Shown here in pieces: positions 1-9,601 of a stretch of 64,000 nt of DNA. Location of the stretch: NCBI GenBank assembly GCA_038874135.1, contig JAVZCZ010000001.1:672001-736000 (forward strand). Direction: 5' to 3'. This stretch comes from Candidatus Woesearchaeota archaeon. GTDB taxonomy: Archaea > Nanobdellota > Nanobdellia > Woesearchaeales > 0-14-0-80-44-23. Position 1 is the first letter of the stretch. Each line of letters begins with the position of its first letter. The translations under genes and the position numbers were made by a program. The notes below the pieces were generated by a model that was not told the DNA's origin, searched no databases, and saw only the letters and a list, made by a program, of their open reading frames with translations.

Positions 1-3000
1 ATTGAATAGTCTATTTTGATTGTTTTGCTTTGGGTTGTTTCTGTGTTTCCGGCGTTGTCTGTGCTGTTGTATCTTATGTATGTTGTTCCCTGGGTGTTTA
101 TTTGTATTGGTGCGGTGTATGTTGTGGTTGGCGTGCAGGTGTTTGTTGTGTCTGTGCAGTATTGTGTGAGTGAGCATCCTGAGCCTGAGGCGTCGTTGCA
201 TGTTAGTGTTACGTTTACGTATGGGCTTTTTGTCCAGGTGTTGAAGGTGTAGCTTGCTCCGGTGCTGTTTACTGCTGTTGCCGTGGTTGTCGGCGGTGTT
301 GTGTCTATTTTGATTGTTTTGCTTTGGGTTGTTTCTGTGTTTCCGGCGTTGTCTGTGCTGTTGTATCTTATGTATGTTGTTCCCTGGGTGTTTATTTGTA
401 TTGGTGCGGTGTATGTTGTGGTTGGCGTGCAGGTGTTTGTTGTGTCTGTGCAGTATTGTGTCAACGCGCAGGTGCCCCCTCCGCTGTCTGTGCAGTTCAA
501 AGTAACATTTACATAAAGGCTTTTAGTCCAAGTATTGAAAGTATAAATTGTTGAAGAGTTAGTTATTGCAGTAGCATTAGTAAAGGGAGCATTTGCATCA
601 TAAGTAAATGTTGTGTTTATAACTGCTGAAGTTTTTATCTGTCCACAAGCGTCTGCAGAATTTTCTAATGCTCTAAGGTATATCGTGCAGGTGCCTGTAA
701 CTGTGCAGGCTGTAGATGCTACGAACTGGCAGCTGGCTTGGCTGCCGCTGCTTACTTGTGTTGAGTTGCACAGGGTCTGTGTGCATGCTGAGTCCTTACA
801 AACTTGAAGTTTCATTGCGTCAGCATTCGGGTCTGTAATTGTGGCTGTGGCGTTTACTATAGTGTTTGGTCCCGCGCAGCTGGGCGTTGCTGATGGACTT
901 GCAGGAGTGTTTGGTGGGGCGTTTGTTGAAGTGCTCGTCCACCCAGTGGCTGTACAGCTTACTCCAGTATAGCACGTCTGGCTTGTGGAATTGTAACAAA
1001 ATCCTGAGTTGCAGTTTCCTCCAGTGCATGTGCATAGTGTTGTATTTACTACTGTACTTGTGCTTCCACTTGCCCCTCCAGAGGTGCATGCTACATTATA
1101 ACAGCAGGTGTCTATGTTGCCTGAGTTGCAGGTACTGCTGTCTGCTCCCTTGCAGTAAGTGTTAGGGCTTGCGCACATGGTTGTGCTGCTTGGACATCCC
1201 GTTCCAGTGTAGTAGCAGGTTGTTAGAGTCCAGCACTTTCCACTTGGTCCTGTTCCCGCACAGGTGCTTACATATTCTATTGGGTATCTGCTAGTTGTAC
1301 TGCTGTATGCTGTTTCTACACTCTGATTGTTTCTAGCCTTTACCCTGTAGGTGTATTGTGAGAAGCAGTTTAGTCCAGAATCTATGTAACTCATCGCAGT
1401 TGTCCATCCAGAGTCTGTTGCTCCAGCATTGTATGATGTTTCGTTAGCATAGTATTGAGGGTTGTTATATGCACATACTGCTGTCCAGCTTACATTTAAA
1501 CTTGTTGTGCTTGTTGGAGTTACTGTCGGCGCACTGGGTCCATTTACGAGCGTGTATGTACAGCTTGTTGCTGAGGCTGTTCCAATATTATTTAAAGAAT
1601 CTCTCGTTTGGGCGGTGTAGCAGTATTGCGTGTTACAATTTAACCCAGTATCAGCCCATGTTGGGCTGGTCTGCCATCCGCTGCTAGCTGTTGTTGGACT
1701 TGTTCTATTTATTTGATAGTATACCGTAGCTGAGCATCCCGTATCTGTAGCTGTTGTGGCTGTTATGTTTATTTGTGAGCTTGAGATTGGTGTTGTGCTG
1801 CTTATTGTTGCCGGGTTCGGAGTAGGCGAGCTGACATCAATGCTCAACACAGAGCAAGAACTCCAACTTCCCCAATTATTGTAAACATCCTTCGCTTTGA
1901 CCCTCCACGAATATGTGCCTGTTGATAGAGCGCTGGGAGTCCAGCTATTTGAGGAAGGCGTTCCTGTTTGAAGAGCAGTTCCGCTGCAGTCAGAAGTTGA
2001 GTAAATCTCAACCTGATAGCCAGCAACAGAAGAACAGCCAACATCTGAAGGAGCACTCCAAGACAAAGTGGGAGTTGAAGAGCCATTACAATTACCAGAA
2101 CTTGGCAGCAAGCCCGTAGGAGCATTAGGACCTGCAAAGTCAATGTAATAAATGTTTGAACTCTTCAAAGATTCAGCATTGCTAACATTATCTATTGAAT
2201 AAGTGCATATCTTCTTAGCGCAGTAGCTACCAGGCGGGCACCCTACCAAAAATTGTGAAGAGTACAAACTCATCCCACTTATATCGCACGCTGTTCCAGA
2301 ATCAACAATCTTATACCAGGTTGAACTGCATCCAGAACCAGAACCGTCACTGCAAGAAAGTGTGACTGAAACGTTTGAATTGTTACAAGCTTGTCCATTA
2401 GGATTAATAGTTGTTGTTGGAGCCTGTGCATCAATATAAATTGTTGAACTCTTAGTAGTTTCAACATTAAAAGCATTATCAGTGCTGTTATACCTAACAT
2501 AACCCACGCACACACTTCCCGCAGCGCACTGGAATAAGATGGGAGTGCTAAGCGAAGATGGAGTGCAGGAGTTTGTCCAGTCACCACAAGCGTGAGTAGC
2601 CAAGCAGCCACTCAAAGCATCCGTACAGTTAAAACCATTCACACTAACATTCAAACTAGTCCAAGTGCCAATAATATAACTGCTTGAATCAGACTTAGTA
2701 ATATTAGAAATACTTGTTGTTGGAGCTGTTGTGTCACTTCCAACAATTAGTGTTCTCATCTCTGTTTGATTTACATTTCCAGCCAAATCTTGAGCATAAG
2801 CAATGTAGGTATATGTTCCCGTGGGGAGTAGTGTAAAGTTGTGATATAATCTATAAATCCCTGCATTGTAGGAAGTAGCTATCTCCTCAGCACTAAGCGC
2901 CCTATTGTAAATGCGGACTTCATCAATTGTGCCTTTTAAGTAATAAGTTGAATATTTACCAATAATTAAATTTAAATTGTTCACACCTATATTGCCAGTT

Positions 3001-5057
3001 GCTGATAAAGCTGATCCAGTAGGAGTGCCATCTAACCATAATCTAACTGCACTTCCATTATAAACCATCGCAACATGATGCCATGAATTGGGAGATACTG
3101 AACCACCGTCAGACACTTCTTTCCAACCACTTATATTAACTCCTCCTTTTAAGGTTCCACTGCTGGTGACATATAACCAATACACAGAATCTGCTGCTAA
3201 ATTTCCTTTTTCAATTATCATTTGTGTAGTTGTTGGAGTTGCTGCGAGGTTGATCCATGCTTCAAGAGTAATAGCATTTGTAATGTTTAAACTTTTATCA
3301 GTTGGGACGGTTATATAGTCATCTATCCCGTCAAATGTTAATGCGCTTCCGAATTTTCCGGCTGTCGTAATATTTGGGCAGCTAGTTCCAGAACATGTTG
3401 CATTGTTGCCGTAAATGCTCCAATCTTTAAAGAATGTGCTGTTTTCTTCACTCTCTTGATTGAATCTCCACCACCCAACCAGGCTGCTATTCCAATCAAT
3501 AAGTCCTGTTGTGTTGTAAGCGTCACTTATACTAACATTTACGAAACTCCAATTCTTGTATGTAAATGTTCCATTCGCATCAGTTTGTCCTTGAAATGAA
3601 ATAGCAGGTTTCACATTATCTATTGTAATAATTCTTGTTTCGCTTTGTCCTGCGTTTGCTACTGAGTCGTTTGCCCAGCCGTAATAGGAATAGGTTCCCT
3701 GTGTTAGGTTTGTTATGTTGTTGTAGAATCTCCATTCTGTTGAGCTGTATTTTGCAAATTCTGACTGGTAGTGCATTAGTATTTCTTGTGGAGATAGTGC
3801 TCGTTTGTAAATGCGGACTTCATCTATTGATCCATTAAAGAAGTAGGAGGAGTTCGTTAATGTTCCTATTTTTAGTGTGTCTGTTGTTGCGTAGGGTGTT
3901 GATGTTGCACTGGTGTAAGCTAGAAAACCACTTTTGTTTTGCCCATTTACATATAACTCAAGGTTGTCATTCCCTTTAATAATTCCTACAACGTGTACCC
4001 ACTGATTTTTTGGAAAGTCTGTAGTTCTGAATTCATCCCACCCAGCTCCATCTCCGTATGCAACGCTTAGCATCGCGCTATTGTTCATAATTCCTAAGAA
4101 ATAGTTTTTCTGAGCCCAAGTGCCAGGACCTTTTTGAACAAAAGCAGTGCCTCCACCTAGTTGAGTTGTATTTATGTACACCCAAGCTTCTATAGTGATT
4201 GGAAATGTAGTTATTTGAAGAGATGTGCTGTGAGGTATCATAACCCAGTCATCTACTCCGTCAAATGTAATTCCCTTTCCAAAACGTCCTGTAGTATATT
4301 GAGGGGGCCTATTTCCATCTGCATTACTAGTATTTGCATCATACATTGTTCCGTTGTTTCCATATTTTGATATGTCTACTGCTGTTGTGGCGCTGTCTCC
4401 TATTGCAGAATTGTTGTTGAAGTTTAATGCTAGTACTAGTGAATCGTCGTAGAAGGTGTAGTTTGTGCCGTTCCAGTTGAATTTGAAGGAGTCTAGTCCT
4501 GCTCCGCTTTCTACTATTGTTATATTTATTTGTGTGTAGTTATTGGGGGTGTATGTGTTGTTTGCTGGGGTTGGATAATAAAATGTTAATGTAGGAGCTG
4601 TTATGTCTCTGTATACGTAAAGTGTTGTTGTTCCTGTTGAGCCCCAGTAGGAGTAGCAGGTTATTGTGGCTGAGCTGCTGTAAGTGCTGCTCGTTGTCCA
4701 AGTGTAGGTCCAACTGTAGGGATAGCTTGTATCACTTCCTCCAGTGGATACTGTGCTTGGAAAACTCACACTTGATATGCCGTTAGGATCATTAGTGCTT
4801 GCAACCACATTTACTGTGAATGTTCCTCCTGCTATTGTGTTGTAATATTCGTATGGGGCTGAAGCATATTGGTATTGGGGGTTTGTTCCTTCGGTTATTG
4901 ATTGTATTGAACATGTTACTGTGTAAGCAAATGCTTTGAAGCCGTAGGCTTTTCCGTCTTCTTTAGGATTAACTCCGTATATTAGGAAGGTTATGGTGAG
5001 TATCAGCGCTATTATTTCCAGCGTTTTTCTCATTCCGGGTTGTATTCTCGTTTTCAT
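1..5057 (-). CDS. Giant secreted/surface protein (>1685 aa, 3' end outside window): N-terminal hydrophobic signal/anchor, two LamG (concanavalin-like) domains, FN3-like and Cys-rich Ig-like repeats
   Basis: Absent from the ORF track because no stop codon occurs in the window. ATG at 5057 overlaps the upstream TGA (ATGA). Hand translation gives MKTRIQPGMRKTLEIIALILTITFLIYG, LamG motifs (FDGVDDWV...ITIEAWV...FNGSIDEVRIYKRALS, with a second copy at ~2860-3500), YSWRVKAKD / YTYRVKARN FN3-type strands and YNSTDNAGNTE repeats. The same frame is still open at position 3. Confidence 0.9.
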   Translation of the reverse strand, partial: MKTRIQPGMRKTLEIIALILTITFLIYGVNPKEDGKAYGFKAFAYTVTCSIQSITEGTNPQYQYASAPYEYYNTIAGGTFTVNVVASTNDPNGISSVSFPSTVSTGGSDTSYPYSWTYTWTTSSTYSSSATITCYSYWGSTGTTTLYVYRDITAPTLTFYYPTPANNTYTPNNYTQINITIVESGAGLDSFKFNWNGTNYTFYDDSLVLALNFNNNSAIGDSATTAVDISKYGNNGTMYDANTSNADGNRPPQYTTGRFGKGITFDGVDDWVMIPHSTSLQITTFPITIEAWVYINTTQLGGGTAFVQKGPGTWAQKNYFLGIMNNSAMLSVAYGDGAGWDEFRTTDFPKNQWVHVVGIIKGNDNLELYVNGQNKSGFLAYTSATSTPYATTDTLKIGTLTNSSYFFNGSIDEVRIYKRALSPQEILMHYQSEFAKYSSTEWRFYNNITNLTQGTYSYYGWANDSVANAGQSETRIITIDNVKPAISFQGQTDANGTFTYKNWSFVNVSISDAYNTTGLIDWNSSLVGWWRFNQESEENSTFFKDWSIYGNNATCSGTSCPNITTAGKFGSALTFDGIDDYITVPTDKSLNITNAITLEAWINLAATPTTTQMIIEKGNLAADSVYWLYVTSSGTLKGGVNISGWKEVSDGGSVSPNSWHHVAMVYNGSAVRLWLDGTPTGSALSATGNIGVNNLNLIIGKYSTYYLKGTIDEVRIYNRALSAEEIATSYNAGIYRLYHNFTLLPTGTYTYIAYAQDLAGNVNQTEMRTLIVGSDTTAPTTSISNITKSDSSSYIIGTWTSLNVSVNGFNCTDALSGCLATHACGDWTNSCTPSSLSTPILFQCAAGSVCVGYVRYNSTDNAFNVETTKSSTIYIDAQAPTTTINPNGQACNNSNVSVTLSCSDGSGSGCSSTWYKIVDSGTACDISGMSLYSSQFLVGCPPGSYCAKKICTYSIDNVSNAESLKSSNIYYIDFAGPNAPTGLLPSSGNCNGSSTPTLSWSAPSDVGCSSVAGYQVEIYSTSDCSGTALQTGTPSSNSWTPSALSTGTYSWRVKAKDVYNNWGSWSSCSVLSIDVSSPTPNPATISSTTPISSSQINITATTATDTGCSATVYYQINRTSPTTASSGWQTSPTWADTGLNCNTQYCYTAQTRDSLNNIGTASATSCTYTLVNGPSAPTVTPTSTTSLNVSWTAVCAYNNPQYYANETSYNAGATDSGWTTAMSYIDSGLNCFSQYTYRVKARNNQSVETAYSSTTSRYPIEYVSTCAGTGPSGKCWTLTTCYYTGTGCPSSTTMCASPNTYCKGADSSTCNSGNIDTCCYNVACTSGGASGSTSTVVNTTLCTCTGGNCNSGFCYNSTSQTCYTGVSCTATGWTSTSTNAPPNTPASPSATPSCAGPNTIVNATATITDPNADAMKLQVCKDSACTQTLCNSTQVSSGSQASCQFVASTACTVTGTCTIYLRALENSADACGQIKTSAVINTTFTYDANAPFTNATAITNSSTIYTFNTWTKSLYVNVTLNCTDSGGGTCALTQYCTDTTNTCTPTTTYTAPIQINTQGTTYIRYNSTDNAGNTETTQSKTIKIDTTPPTTTATAVNSTGASYTFNTWTKSPYVNVTLTCNDASGSGCSLTQYCTDTTNTCTPTTTYTAPIQINTQGTTYIRYNSTDNAGNTETTQSKTIKIDYS
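9..461. repeat. Intragenic tandem domain repeat with a 294-bp period; 159 bp identical (9-167 = 303-461)
   Basis: Direct comparison of the two copies; encodes TQYCTDTTNTCTPTTTYTAPIQINTQGTTYIRYNSTDNAGNTETTQSKTIKID. Confidence 0.95.
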
Positions 5058-5548
5058 TCTTTCTCTTTTGCCTTATTATAGGCTGTCCAGACCGTTCTGT
5101 AGTTTCTTTTCAGGATTTTTGCAATTTGGCTGAGCCGCATATTTTTTTCATCCTTTAGGAACTTTACAGCAGATTCTAGTATTCCCATGTTTCTGTTTTC
5201 AAATGCTCTTAGGGGGATGAGTATTCCTGTTTTTTCTGCTGGTTTTTTTCTTTCAGTCTTTTTTATTGTAGTCCAGATTGTCTTGTAGCTTCTTCCAAGT
5301 TTTTTTGCTATCTCTTTTGTTGAGTAGCCCTTTGCTTTTAGTTCGGTGCATATTGCTCCCAATGGTGCTCTTTTCTGAAATATTCCTGCATCTATGAAGT
5401 TTCTGCCTTCTTCTGAAATTCTTAACAAATCCTCCTTCTGAATTCCATATCTCCTGCTCAGTTCTTCTATGCTAGTGCTGATTTTTTGCAGCATGTCTTC
5501 TTCCCTGCTCAATATCTTCTCCATCCACTCAGCATTTTCAAATTCCAT
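5054..5548 (-). CDS. Tandem helix-turn-helix (LuxR/sigma70-r4-like) DNA-binding protein, paralog of 8992-9579
   Basis: Two HTH repeats, GYSTKEIAKKLGRSYKTIWTT and MRLSQIAKILKRNYRTVWTAY, separated by an IPL...LESAVKFLK linker. Confidence 0.85.
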   Translation of the reverse strand: MEFENAEWMEKILSREEDMLQKISTSIEELSRRYGIQKEDLLRISEEGRNFIDAGIFQKRAPLGAICTELKAKGYSTKEIAKKLGRSYKTIWTTIKKTERKKPAEKTGILIPLRAFENRNMGILESAVKFLKDEKNMRLSQIAKILKRNYRTVWTAYNKAKEKE

Positions 5549-5550
5549 TT

Positions 5551-5610
5551 TTCCTATTTAATAAGTATTTTATTTATTAATTATTTAAATATTTTCCTAT
5601 TTAATAAGTA
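5551..5610 (-). promoter_or_regulatory. Two operator-like boxes (TTCCTA-TTTAA-TAAGTA at 5551-5567 and 5594-5610) flanking a TATA-like TATTTAAATA (5582-5591)
   Basis: 23-bp exact direct repeat (5549-5571 / 5592-5614) immediately upstream of the HTH start codon. Confidence 0.75.
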
Positions 5611-5615
5611 TTTTT

Positions 5616-8600
5616 TTATTTTTCATCAGGACTTACTGAGATAAGATAGTTCACCTCCTCTTGATTATAATCTGTAACTATGACGCCGTTCCAGTCTACC
5701 CTAAACTTTCTGCCGGTTTCATTATATGATTGTGAGTTCAGATATTCTTCTATTTTCCTTTTAATCGAGTCTTCTAGCATCTTGTGTAATTCTAAGGGGT
5801 CTAATGTTGCATTGAGATCACCACAAGGACCTCCAACGCACCTCACGCCTGCCTTGAATGTGAAGAACTTCTGATACGGCACTGTTGTGTTTCCATAAGG
5901 CTCGTATGGCCACACATAGTATGGTTCTAGGTGTCCGTATGCTGAGTTATTGAACATGAAGCTGTATATGTAGGTGCCTATATCTCCTAATGAGTTATTT
6001 GCGTATATTGTTATTGTATGAGTTTGTTGGTCTGTAAGGTTTGTTGTGTTTATGTAGTATGGAGCGTTTAGTGTGTTGTTTGTTCCTCCGTCTATGTTGT
6101 ACCATGAGGCGTTGGCTCCGCTTATTGTGAATTTGAGTAGGGTGCCTGTGTGTATTATTGAGTTGTTTACTGGGCTTTCCAGGGTTACTATTGGCAGTCC
6201 CGCCATGTTGTATGCATATGCTGTTTTGTTTCCAAACCTGAATTGCTGAGTGTGTTTTCCTCCTGTTAGCACATTTACTGTGTAATATGATGTTGTTGAG
6301 CAGTTGTAGTTTTCAACCATTATTGAGATGACTGGTATGCTCAACTCTGAATCCATTAAGGTAGTGTAATTTATGTAGCTCAGTTCTCCATCCGAAGTGC
6401 AGCCTAGTGTTGAATTTTCAATTTTGCCATCTGTGCATGAGGCATTGCTGATTACTATTATCCTGTTCTTGTTTATTATATTGTTTCCACATTTTAGCTC
6501 TATAAATCTAAGATCGTCTTCTGTTTCGTTGTTGTCATTTGGCTCTTCCCTGTAAGTTGTGCCGTTGTATGCTGTTATTATTAAGTTGGCAGTTCCTGTA
6601 GTGTTGAAGGCAGTTGTCCAGTTTCCTCCTATCATTGGGAAGCTCTGTACTGTTATTATTATTAGGTCTATCTGTAATTCAAATTCTTCTTCACTCAGCA
6701 GAGGGACTGTCCAGACTACCTTTTCAACCCTTCCGTTGCCGTTCAGGTCTATTAACTGGACGTTGAATCTTTCATCATTTGTTACATCTTGTTTTGTTCC
6801 ATTGACTATCCAGAAGAGCTTCACTTGCTCTGGCAGCGACTCCGGTATTGAGCTATAGGCAGTTGTATTCTCATAGTGTATGTAAGACTCTGATCTTATT
6901 GTTACTTTTTTCTTCCAAGTGTTCTGGTCTTTTGTTGGTTTTTCTTCAATCTTTTCAGGAGCTGGAGTTGTGAATCTTATAAGGTATTGTGTTTCTTCAT
7001 CTTTTTCTGGAATTATTAGTTTTATTGCTTCATCTATCTTTGCAGGTGGCGTTACCTCTTTTGCTACCTGTGGAATTTCAGTAAGTGTTTGTGCTGAAGT
7101 TCCATTCTCCTCCTCTTTTTCTTGTATCACAACATTTTCTGATGTCTCTGCAGTACCGTTTTCCGTTGTTATTTCTTGAGTAACAGTTTGGTTTTCTGTT
7201 GCTTGCAATACACTTCCTGTTGTTATATTCTCCTGACTTGCATTTTCTTCCAAGATTAGTGTTGTTGTATTTTCTTCACTGTACACTGCAAATCCTGTTA
7301 TCCTACTAAGCTCTGCAAAAATCTTATATACGAAGCTGACAACTCTTTCTGCAAAGTCGGTTATGCTCCTAGTGGTTTTAATTGCTGCTCCCGTTATTGT
7401 CTGGACTGAACTCTGAATTTGTGTTTCTCCCCTGTTGTAGTTTTCAATATTTTCAGTCTTGTTGTCCACGCTTACTAGGGCTTCTGTAACTTGTATGTTT
7501 AAGCTTCCGTATCTTTTATACACTGTTATGTTCTTGGCATCTTTTGGAAGCACTATATCTATGGTCTGAGTTTCATTGCTTACTTTTCTTAGCGAGATTT
7601 TATGCGTCCACTCAACCGGTTTTCCAATTTCCGCCTTTGACTGTACAAACTCCTGCGATATGATTATTACTCCTTTTTCAAACATCTCAATTATGATTGT
7701 AAACCTGCTCTTTATTTCTCCTGTTGAAGCTTCAAGTATTACATAACCGAGGCCTGTGCTTTGGTCTTCCTTCCAGATGTTCAGAATTTCTCCTTTTGTT
7801 TCTGCTCTAATATTTGCAGACTCTATTACTGAGTATGTTATGTTTTGGTCTTTTCCGCCCGTGCAGTATTCTCTGAGGTTTATGGTTGTGTAGTTTTCCG
7901 TGAGGATTATTGGATTGAAAATGCATTCTATTGCAGTTTTTTGCTGAGGTAGTACTTCCACTTCTACTTCGTTGCTATATGTTATTTCGTTGGTGTTTGA
8001 AGCTGCAAACTTTATGGTGTAGTATCCTGATTCTTCTGCTCTTATTTCTGCGATTTCTTTTTCAATTGTTATTGTAAGACCATCAGCCCCTATTGCGATA
8101 TAACTTAGTTCCCTTCCATTTTCTTCAGTGAAGTATTCTGATAGGTTTATTATTGCACTTTCGTTTATCTCTAGTGTTATTGTTGGAATTTCTTTTGTTA
8201 GCACAGGCGCTTTTTCTGTTATGTTCTGAGTTACTTCTTCGCTTATGTTTTGGGTTATGTTTTCTGTTATGTTTTGAGGTATGTTTTCAATAGTCTGTTC
8301 GCTTGTTTTGTTTTCTTGCGGAATTTCTTCGCTTATGTTTTGGGTTATGTTTTCTGTTATGTTGGTGCTTGTTTCTGTTATGCCAGTTTCATTGCTTTCT
8401 GATGTTATGTTTTCTGAAGTTTGGTTGGTTTCGTTTGTTTCAATTATGGTGATGTTTTCTTGTGTTGTAACTTCTGTAGCGTTTTGAGTGGTTATGTTTT
8501 CCCAGCTGCTGAGGTTTTGGGTAGTTTCTGGTATTGTTAGATTGCCAGTTCCGTTTTCCGTCTCATTGTAGGTTGCACTTTCGTTTTCTAATATTGCAAG

Positions 8601-8999
8601 TCCTGTTATCCTTGTTCTTAAGATTCCTGTTGCATACAGCAGTCCAGTTATTCCTACGGCTATTAATAACACTGCTATTATCGGTGCATAATTGCGCGTT
8701 TCTCTTTCCTCTTCAATTTTTCTTATTTTTTCTTCTAATTCACTGAGTTTCTGTTGCTGCTGAGTTATCTCTTGCAGTTTTTCGTCTTTCCAATTCTCAG
8801 GCGTTTTTCCTTCAAAGATTCTTGCTATTTCTCTGGTGTACTCTTCTAAGCTATACTCATCCTTCAGATAGGCGATGTAGAGCTGTTTTCTGGTCGCGTC
8901 TGTTATTTCTATCTTCTTCCTAAGCAGGTCTATGGTTGTGGCTGTCTTTTCTATTTCTGCCCTAATCTTCACTATCCTTTCACGCTTGGATTTATTCAT
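5616..8999 (-). CDS. Large single-pass membrane/surface glycoprotein (1127 aa): cytoplasmic coiled coil, TM helix, acidic N-x-T/S-rich stalk, Ig-like modules
   Basis: ORF track. TM helix YAPIIAVLLIAVGITGLLYATG, many N-x-S/T sequons, CVGGPCGDLNATLDP motif near the C-terminus. Start overlaps the stop of the upstream HTH gene. Confidence 0.85.
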   Translation of the reverse strand: MNKSKRERIVKIRAEIEKTATTIDLLRKKIEITDATRKQLYIAYLKDEYSLEEYTREIARIFEGKTPENWKDEKLQEITQQQQKLSELEEKIRKIEEERETRNYAPIIAVLLIAVGITGLLYATGILRTRITGLAILENESATYNETENGTGNLTIPETTQNLSSWENITTQNATEVTTQENITIIETNETNQTSENITSESNETGITETSTNITENITQNISEEIPQENKTSEQTIENIPQNITENITQNISEEVTQNITEKAPVLTKEIPTITLEINESAIINLSEYFTEENGRELSYIAIGADGLTITIEKEIAEIRAEESGYYTIKFAASNTNEITYSNEVEVEVLPQQKTAIECIFNPIILTENYTTINLREYCTGGKDQNITYSVIESANIRAETKGEILNIWKEDQSTGLGYVILEASTGEIKSRFTIIIEMFEKGVIIISQEFVQSKAEIGKPVEWTHKISLRKVSNETQTIDIVLPKDAKNITVYKRYGSLNIQVTEALVSVDNKTENIENYNRGETQIQSSVQTITGAAIKTTRSITDFAERVVSFVYKIFAELSRITGFAVYSEENTTTLILEENASQENITTGSVLQATENQTVTQEITTENGTAETSENVVIQEKEEENGTSAQTLTEIPQVAKEVTPPAKIDEAIKLIIPEKDEETQYLIRFTTPAPEKIEEKPTKDQNTWKKKVTIRSESYIHYENTTAYSSIPESLPEQVKLFWIVNGTKQDVTNDERFNVQLIDLNGNGRVEKVVWTVPLLSEEEFELQIDLIIITVQSFPMIGGNWTTAFNTTGTANLIITAYNGTTYREEPNDNNETEDDLRFIELKCGNNIINKNRIIVISNASCTDGKIENSTLGCTSDGELSYINYTTLMDSELSIPVISIMVENYNCSTTSYYTVNVLTGGKHTQQFRFGNKTAYAYNMAGLPIVTLESPVNNSIIHTGTLLKFTISGANASWYNIDGGTNNTLNAPYYINTTNLTDQQTHTITIYANNSLGDIGTYIYSFMFNNSAYGHLEPYYVWPYEPYGNTTVPYQKFFTFKAGVRCVGGPCGDLNATLDPLELHKMLEDSIKRKIEEYLNSQSYNETGRKFRVDWNGVIVTDYNQEEVNYLISVSPDEK
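8235..8363. repeat. 39-bp exact intragenic repeat (8235-8273 / 8325-8363) encoding NITENITQNISEE
   Basis: Direct sequence comparison. Confidence 0.9.
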
Positions 9000-9579
9000 T
9001 TGACAGTTTCTTTTCAGCTCTTTTGGCTATTGTCCAGATTGTGCGCGGATCCCTTTTGAGTGTGGATGCAATTTGGCTCAGTTTGAGCCCTTTTCCTCTG
9101 AGATGATGCACTATTGCCTCTAGGACGGAGAGCTGCCTTGAGGCGATGATTGAGATTGGAATCTTATTTTCAGAAGCGGCATCCAATTGTTCAGGCATTT
9201 TGGAGCTCGCATTTTTGTAGGTGCTCCAGATTGTCCTGGGGTTTCTGTTGAGAATTTTTGCAATTTTGCTGTAAGAGTACTTCTTGTTCTCTACTAGATA
9301 TTTTACTATACTTTCGAAAGGAGATATCTTTGTGTTAAAGATTGAATCTGGAAAATTTTCAGAGCTCTCTTCTGTTGGTTCTATGCTTTTTAGAAGTGTT
9401 AAAAGTATTTCGGAGGATAGCTCTTCTGTTTTCTTCTGTATTATTCTTGTTATGATTTCGTTAAGCGCGCTTTGAAGCTTCTTACTCTTTAGGCTTTCAT
9501 CTCCTTGCTTTTCTAAGAATTCCTTATTTCTCAAGTATTCTTCGCGCGCGATTTTAAACCACTCTACCAAAAGCCGCAA
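8992..9579 (-). CDS. Tandem HTH DNA-binding protein, paralog of 5054-5548
   Basis: YSYSKIAKILNRNPRTIWSTY and LKLSQIASTLKRDPRTIWT repeats. TTG start, exact start uncertain. Confidence 0.85.
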   Translation of the reverse strand: MRLLVEWFKIAREEYLRNKEFLEKQGDESLKSKKLQSALNEIITRIIQKKTEELSSEILLTLLKSIEPTEESSENFPDSIFNTKISPFESIVKYLVENKKYSYSKIAKILNRNPRTIWSTYKNASSKMPEQLDAASENKIPISIIASRQLSVLEAIVHHLRGKGLKLSQIASTLKRDPRTIWTIAKRAEKKLSNE

Positions 9580-9601
9580 AAGTGCTACTAATATATTGAT
9601 T

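Noticed and set aside
9-596. Diversity-generating retroelement TR/VR pair
   Set aside because: The A-specific mismatches are on the antisense strand and almost all synonymous, both copies are in-frame parts of one gene, and there is no reverse transcriptase in the window.
16-4370. Numerous 60-110 aa ORFs on both strands
   Set aside because: They are antisense or off-frame shadows of the giant minus-strand gene.
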